From assembly GCA_051047955.1 (NCBI GenBank), contig JBPGPT010000017.1, positions 62,001-126,000 of the forward strand: a stretch of DNA of 64,000 bases, read 5' to 3'. Position numbers and translations under genes: made by a program. The notes beneath the pieces were generated by a model. That model ran no database searches. It was not told where the DNA came from and saw only the letters and a program-made list of their open reading frames with translations. The DNA is from Cystobasidiomycetes sp. EMM_F5. Taxonomy: Eukaryota. Of this stretch, positions 58,516-64,000 are shown in pieces (the first letter of the stretch is position 1; each line of letters starts with the position of its first letter).

Positions 58516-61500
58516 ATGCTTTCATGTTCTGCAAGATACGACGGCGGGCACAACATCGACACTCACCGCGCAGTCTCGCGGTCCACAAGTGAAGTTTCGC
58601 CTGCCAGCGCGGTGCGGTCATCATCCAGTTTCAGCCATATCAGAAGGAGCGACAGCGCCAGGCCTGTGAAATCATTACAAACTACGCCAGAACGACAGCA
58701 GAGGCATGCATACGGTCTGCCACTGTCGACACCTCCATCTGCCGCCGTATTGGCACCTGAAATGCCAGACCCAGCAGTTCAAACCGACAGTCCGTTAGGC
58801 AAATCGCAGGAGCGTGCAAGCAGCTCCCAGGACTATCCAGACAGTCACTCGAGCCATCCGGTACTGTCTCCGTCGGGCTCATCGTCGTCGTCCGCTTCGT
58901 TGCGCTCGTCGGGCAGCAGCAGCCATAGCTCGGAGCACGACAGTGCCGCGACTTCGCTGTCCGCCGTTGGAAGCACTGCTAGCATAACTGCTGCTCCTGG
59001 CGAAGGTGCGACGTCTGTGACGCAATGCGATAGCGCGATGCGGCCAGCGGTCAGCGCTTCCGCCGATCCAGCTTTCAAAGACCCGCCCAGACCAGCAGGC
59101 AGCAGTGCTGGTGTTGCCAGTAACGGTCAATCCACGAGCCCCGAATGGCTGCAGCGTATCAAGAGCTACAGTGCGATTTCGGACAGTACTCATCCGCAAC
59201 GGCAAGCGCAACTGTCAGACTGGGTCACAGGAAGCTCGAAGTCCTCAGCGCCCACAAGAGATGCATTCCAAAGCAGTAAATCAGTATCCCTGCTTACTGT
59301 ATCAAACGACCTTCAAGAATCTGAATCTGAATCTGCCTCACGGAAGAGCGCTCGAAGAGCAAGCTCTGGGTCTGGTGGAATGACGACTCCTTCAGATGAG
59401 CACTTTCGCTATACATTCACCCCTGTTGCATCAACGTCGAGGATGCGGTCAGAGTCGAGCAAAGACGCAACCTCGCCTACAATCGAAGGTCAAGCTGCTC
59501 GCCGGGCTTTTGATCGAAAGTATTCTGCAGAGCAGACGCGACCAGCACGACGCAAAATGCACCGTGTGGATGAAGCGGAGGACCGCCCATCGTCAGACGT
59601 AGCCCACAAAGTCAAGCATGCGATTGCGACTCGTAGCCCTCTTGTGGCTGACCAGCCACATTTGAGCGCGCGCGATTCGACTGCAGCTGCTGTACAGCAA
59701 AAGTTGCCCGATGGCATACTGGGTCAATCACCTCAAGATGCCAAACGCGAGACCATCTCGTCCACGTCGGGCAGTAGTGCTACCAGCGAAACCTTTCGAG
59801 ATCCGGGTGTGACAACAGCTGTACACGAGAAGCCCGCAACCATGAACATTGCCAGTTTTCCAACTCTCCAGCTTTTGCACTTGCTTGCCGAACTTCTCAC
59901 GAGCATCACACAAAAGAACGATGCCTCGCGGTTAGCGGCTGAAAAGGCGACAAGTGACGACCATGCAGATGGTCGAGGCGACGAAGCCGGCTCGAGCGGA
60001 CAGGAGAATAGTCCAGACCCTCAACAGTCTTCGTGGGCACAGAGACGGACGGACCCCGTCACTCCGGCTGTACCATTGTCAACTCCGACCGATGGCGAAC
60101 CGGGTAACGACGACTATCCTTTTCCACGATCAGCCATGTCGTACATGCAAAGTTCTCGTGCCAGTCATACCGACATGACGCGCACAGACGCTCTACGTGA
60201 TAACTTCTCGAGTCCAGCAGCCAGTCCGTCGAGCCGTCTGCGTAGATTGCGGCGGGATGACTTCCGCTGGCAGGAGACAGCCGCCCAGGATTCGCTCCAG
60301 AAGCGTACTATCCTTACATCTGCAGCGGCGGCCCTTGCTATGCCAAACGCCACGCTGTGCTTCCACGCACGCAACATTCCCAGTATCAGCATAGAGAGCT
60401 ACCTGATTCGCATCTCAAAATGTAAGCTTATGCAATGCTTCACGAGACCCGAAAGTGCTAAGCCGTTTCTTCAGATTGTCCGACTACAAATGAAGTATTT
60501 CTGTCTCTACTCGTATATTTCGACCGCATGTCACGGCTACCAGACATGTCACGGGCAGCAATCAGCTTCCTGCACTCTGGCGATTCGCAAGGGCCGAAGA
60601 GTAATGTCTTCGGCACGGACGCTAGCGGAGTCGTCACCAACTTCATGATTGACTCATTCAACGTTCATCGACTTTTAATTGCGGGAGTCACTGTAGCCTC
60701 CAAATTCTTCAGCGATGTCTTCTACACAAACTCCCGCTATGCCAAAGTAGGAGGCTTGCCCCTAGCCGAGCTCAATGCGCTGGAACTACAACTCCTTCTT
60801 TTAAACAATTTTGACTTGCTGGTGCAGGCCGATGATATACAGCGATATGGCGATTCTCTTCTCGAAGGTCGATTGCCACCCCACACGTATTCGCCACCTA
60901 GACTGTCTCGGGTTGACGCGTTGCTACCCGACATTAGCACGAAAGGATCTGCCGCTTCGGAAGTTCCTCTCTCCTTGAGAAGACGTGCAAGATCCGACCT
61001 GAGTAGCAAACTTCATGGGCGGGCACCCGAATTTCAAGTCGGCAGCGGGTCGACACAGCGGGACTTACATGACACTCCTAGTGATGCGGTCTCTGCTCGG
61101 CCGAAAACGTCCTTCAGATCTGCTAGCGAGTCGTCAACGTCTGCAAGCGAATCCAGTACTGTGGTGCCGTCGGAATCTAGTATTGATACCGAGAGAGCAG
61201 GCGATGTCGAGACAGACGAGGATGGAGAGATCGACGCCAAGGACCAGCATCTTCGCCACAACCACGCACTCGAACGAGACGACGATAGCGAGAGCAGCGA
61301 CGGCGACCACGAGATGGAGCGCATGAGCAATCTTCACCCCGGGACATCCCAATCTGCACCGTCTTTGGCGCCCAGCAGTACCATTAGGTTCGAAAACAGA
61401 AGTCATACGCCTACATCTGGTCCGCAGTTGACAGAGTCAATATCGGGCACATCCAACGCTCGAGATCCAGATGGAACACAGCAAGCGAGTACAAGCCGCA

Positions 61501-61724
61501 AAACCAATTCCGCCCGCGCCGCAGAGCTACAATCTTCCCACTCGCGCACTCGAGAGTGGATGTTGCACCAGCAGCAGTCTAACAGGACACTACGGACCGC
61601 AGGCACACTCGAACGTGATGAGGCAACCGATGAGGCGAGCGCCATTACCGAGACAACAGACAGCCAGAGAAGTCCATCCTCGAACGCTGTATCGGCGAGT
61701 GACGATGTCGACATGCAAGACTGA
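58516..61724 (+). CDS. Pho85-type cyclin (Pho80/Pcl6/Pcl7 family) with long disordered flanks
   Basis: CFHARNIPSISIESYLIRISK|YCPTTNEVFLSLLVYFDRM..IDSFNVHRLLIAGVTVASKFFSDVFYTNSRYAKVGGLPLAELNALE; intron 60422-60474; start uncertain. Confidence 0.88.
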
Positions 61725-61942
61725 TTTTTTCGTTTCACTCACACTGAAGCGCTTTCTGCAGTAAATGAATTTAATGCCAACCGAGCGCTAGCGGTCAGAT
61801 AGCCCCATGTAGCATCTCGATGTAGCATAGCCAAGCATTGAAGAGAGAGATCACAAAGCTTGGGACGAGTTTTATCACTTTCGCGAGCAAAGTTAGTTCT
61901 GCAAGAGGTTCCACTTTGTTCTGATGCAAACTTGGGTATTAT

Positions 61943-64000
61943 ATGTCGCACCTGTGCCAGGCAGTCGAGCATGCAGAGACGCAGCTCAGAGGCAGTGGTG
62001 GGATTCGCTCCGTCCATACTCTACGCGTAATGCAAGCTGAGTGGTCGAAAGTAAACAGATGTCGATGCCAAACTCGGGGCTTTGCACGAGTTGGAAACAA
62101 GCTTGCTTGCTGCCGTCGAAGATATCCCGAATATCGATATAGATGCCTTGCGCCCTGCCGTGGTCGTCGTCAAGTCGGCCTTGAAAACGGCTAATGCTCG
62201 CGTGCATATATCGGGTTTGTCGACCGCAAACGCACTGCTCTCGGCCGTGGAAGCAGGACACCATGCAAAAAAAGAGGGCTTTCACAGCATTACTGCATCC
62301 GCCATTTCCACTCTGGTGCCAGCCCCCGGAATTCTCGCTTCCCTTGCTGATCCCAAAGATGCTACGCGTCAATTAGCCTGCCAGATTCTCGTACAGGCTG
62401 GAAAATGCGCGGCAGAGTCGAGCATCGGGTCACATCCCGACGGCCCCAATAGTTCCCTGCTTTCTGAAGTCGACCAACTTGTCAAAGAGCAAGCGTTTGG
62501 AAGCAAGAACGCGCGAGCGAGAGAGCAGGTATGGAATAACTAGCCGATATCTACAATAGTTGACATACGTTCTATGTTATGCAGGCGCTAATTTATCTTT
62601 CCACCCTGAGACGCTCTTACCCCAATCTCCCATTGAAGACATGGACACCTATCCTTGTCGCAACGCTCGAGGATGGCGACACAGTCGTTCGCGAGGTTGC
62701 CAGAGATGCCATCGTGGACATATATACGATGCCGACAGTACCCGCTGCCGCCAAAGCTGATCTGAAGAAAGAGATCATCAAGCAAGGTGTCCGGCGGACT
62801 ACTAGCGATTCCATCATCAAAAGAGTACTTGGCGGGTCGGCTCTAACAACGGGCCTGCCTCGTCCTTCAAGTTCGAGCACGATCGGCTCAACGGACACAG
62901 AGGGTGACACTAGCCGCGCATCATCGTTTGCAGAAGGAAGTGCAGGGCCCTCCAAAGTCTCAAATACATCCCGAACCTCGGGTAGTAATGGCATTACACC
63001 GAAGCCGGCTGGTCGCGGAGATCGCCTACTGAAACAGCCCAAGAACCTCACGCAAGAGGAGATACTGGCTCAAATAGACCGGGATGCCGCCGCCGCTGCG
63101 CCGCCGCCATCGACTGTAGAGACCAACAACACAGTCTCGCCAGTATACATCGCTTCTCCCAGAGATCTGGACCAAGAAGTTGTGGCCATGTGTACTTGCT
63201 TCGAGGGCAAAGAAAGCGAGCACAACTGGCAAGCTCGCGAGAAAGCTATTTATAAATTACGAGGATTTTTGGTCGGCAATGCGCCCAAAGAGTTCGCAGG
63301 AGAATTATTACACGCGGTGAAAACTCTCTCTGAGGGTGTCGTGAAGGCTGTGAGTATCACGATTGCATATCAAACGTCGCTGACCTCCATGTCTCTCCAG
63401 TTGGTCAGTTTACGAACAACCCTAGCCATTGCGACGTGTAGCTTGTTGTCAGAGTCAACGGCAACTCTTGGTGTCGCACTGAGCAGTCTTTACGATCCGT
63501 TCTTCACAGCGCTTATTGGCTTAGCGCCGCTGACCAAGAAAGCCGTCGCCAAGGCCTCACAAGAAGCGGCCGATCAATGGATACGATATTGCGGCTATCA
63601 AGTACGAATCTTCGCTCTGTGACCAAAGCTGATGATACTTACGCAAGCTGCTTCATATAGGGCAAGATGCTCCCGTTATTATCGGCTGGCATGGAGCAGA
63701 AAACTGCACAAGCGAGAGTCTATATCGCCAAGCATATCCTCGTCTACGTGCAGATTCATGCTGACCGCAGCAGAAACCAGCTAGAAGCCTCGGGCGGTCG
63801 ATCCGTGCTTGAGCAGGTTCTACGCAAGGGGCTGACCGACTCTAACACAAATGTTCGGGAGACCTTTCGCTCAATCTACACTGAATTGACGAGGATGTGG
63901 CCGGCGATCTCGACCGCTGTTCATGACTCAGCAGATGCTGCACTTCGGCGGCAGCTCGACAAGCACTTGGCTGACCATGCTGCTTCAGCGAGCGCCAACG
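61943..64000 (+). CDS. STU1: CLASP/Stu1 microtubule-associated HEAT/TOG protein (runs off the window end)
   Basis: DVDAKLGAL, FGSKNARAREQ, LEDGDTVVREVARDAIV, AAKADLKKEIIKQGVR, FEGKESEHNWQARE, SLRTTL, LTKK, KGLTDSNTNVRE. Confidence 0.9.

Overview
Gene-dense, intron-rich (mostly 50-90 nt introns) eukaryotic chromosomal DNA. It is almost certainly from a basidiomycete fungus, and probably a Pucciniomycotina yeast (inference from protein similarity and intron style). About 30 protein-coding genes can be modelled by hand. Recognisable ones are LYS12, OPY2, RAD1/Rec1, PDX1, GPN3, SPT16, a UBL-WLM (Wss1-family) protease, cyclin L, a Pmp3-domain protein, a pepsin-like protease, RAD57/XRCC3, SUP35, a Pho80/Pcl-type cyclin and a 5' part of STU1/CLASP. 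There are also CFEM/GPI surface proteins and several orphans. I found no tRNA, rRNA, transposon or CRISPR. Most notable is a duplicated two-gene convergent cassette at 53.5-57.8 kb, largely invisible in the ORF track. It pairs a spliced 'GN..R.Y..YHYDN.D' protein (identical 65- and 47-nt exons in both copies) with an intronless CxxC..LPxxWxFCTxxC zinc-finger-like protein. Other highlights are a long structured cyclin L intron ending in a CAG/TAG tandem acceptor that can insert a stop, an eIF4A-like helicase with its catalytic motifs lost, an Opy2 with paired cysteine loss, and several GC-AG introns. All gene models are manual and not validated by transcripts.
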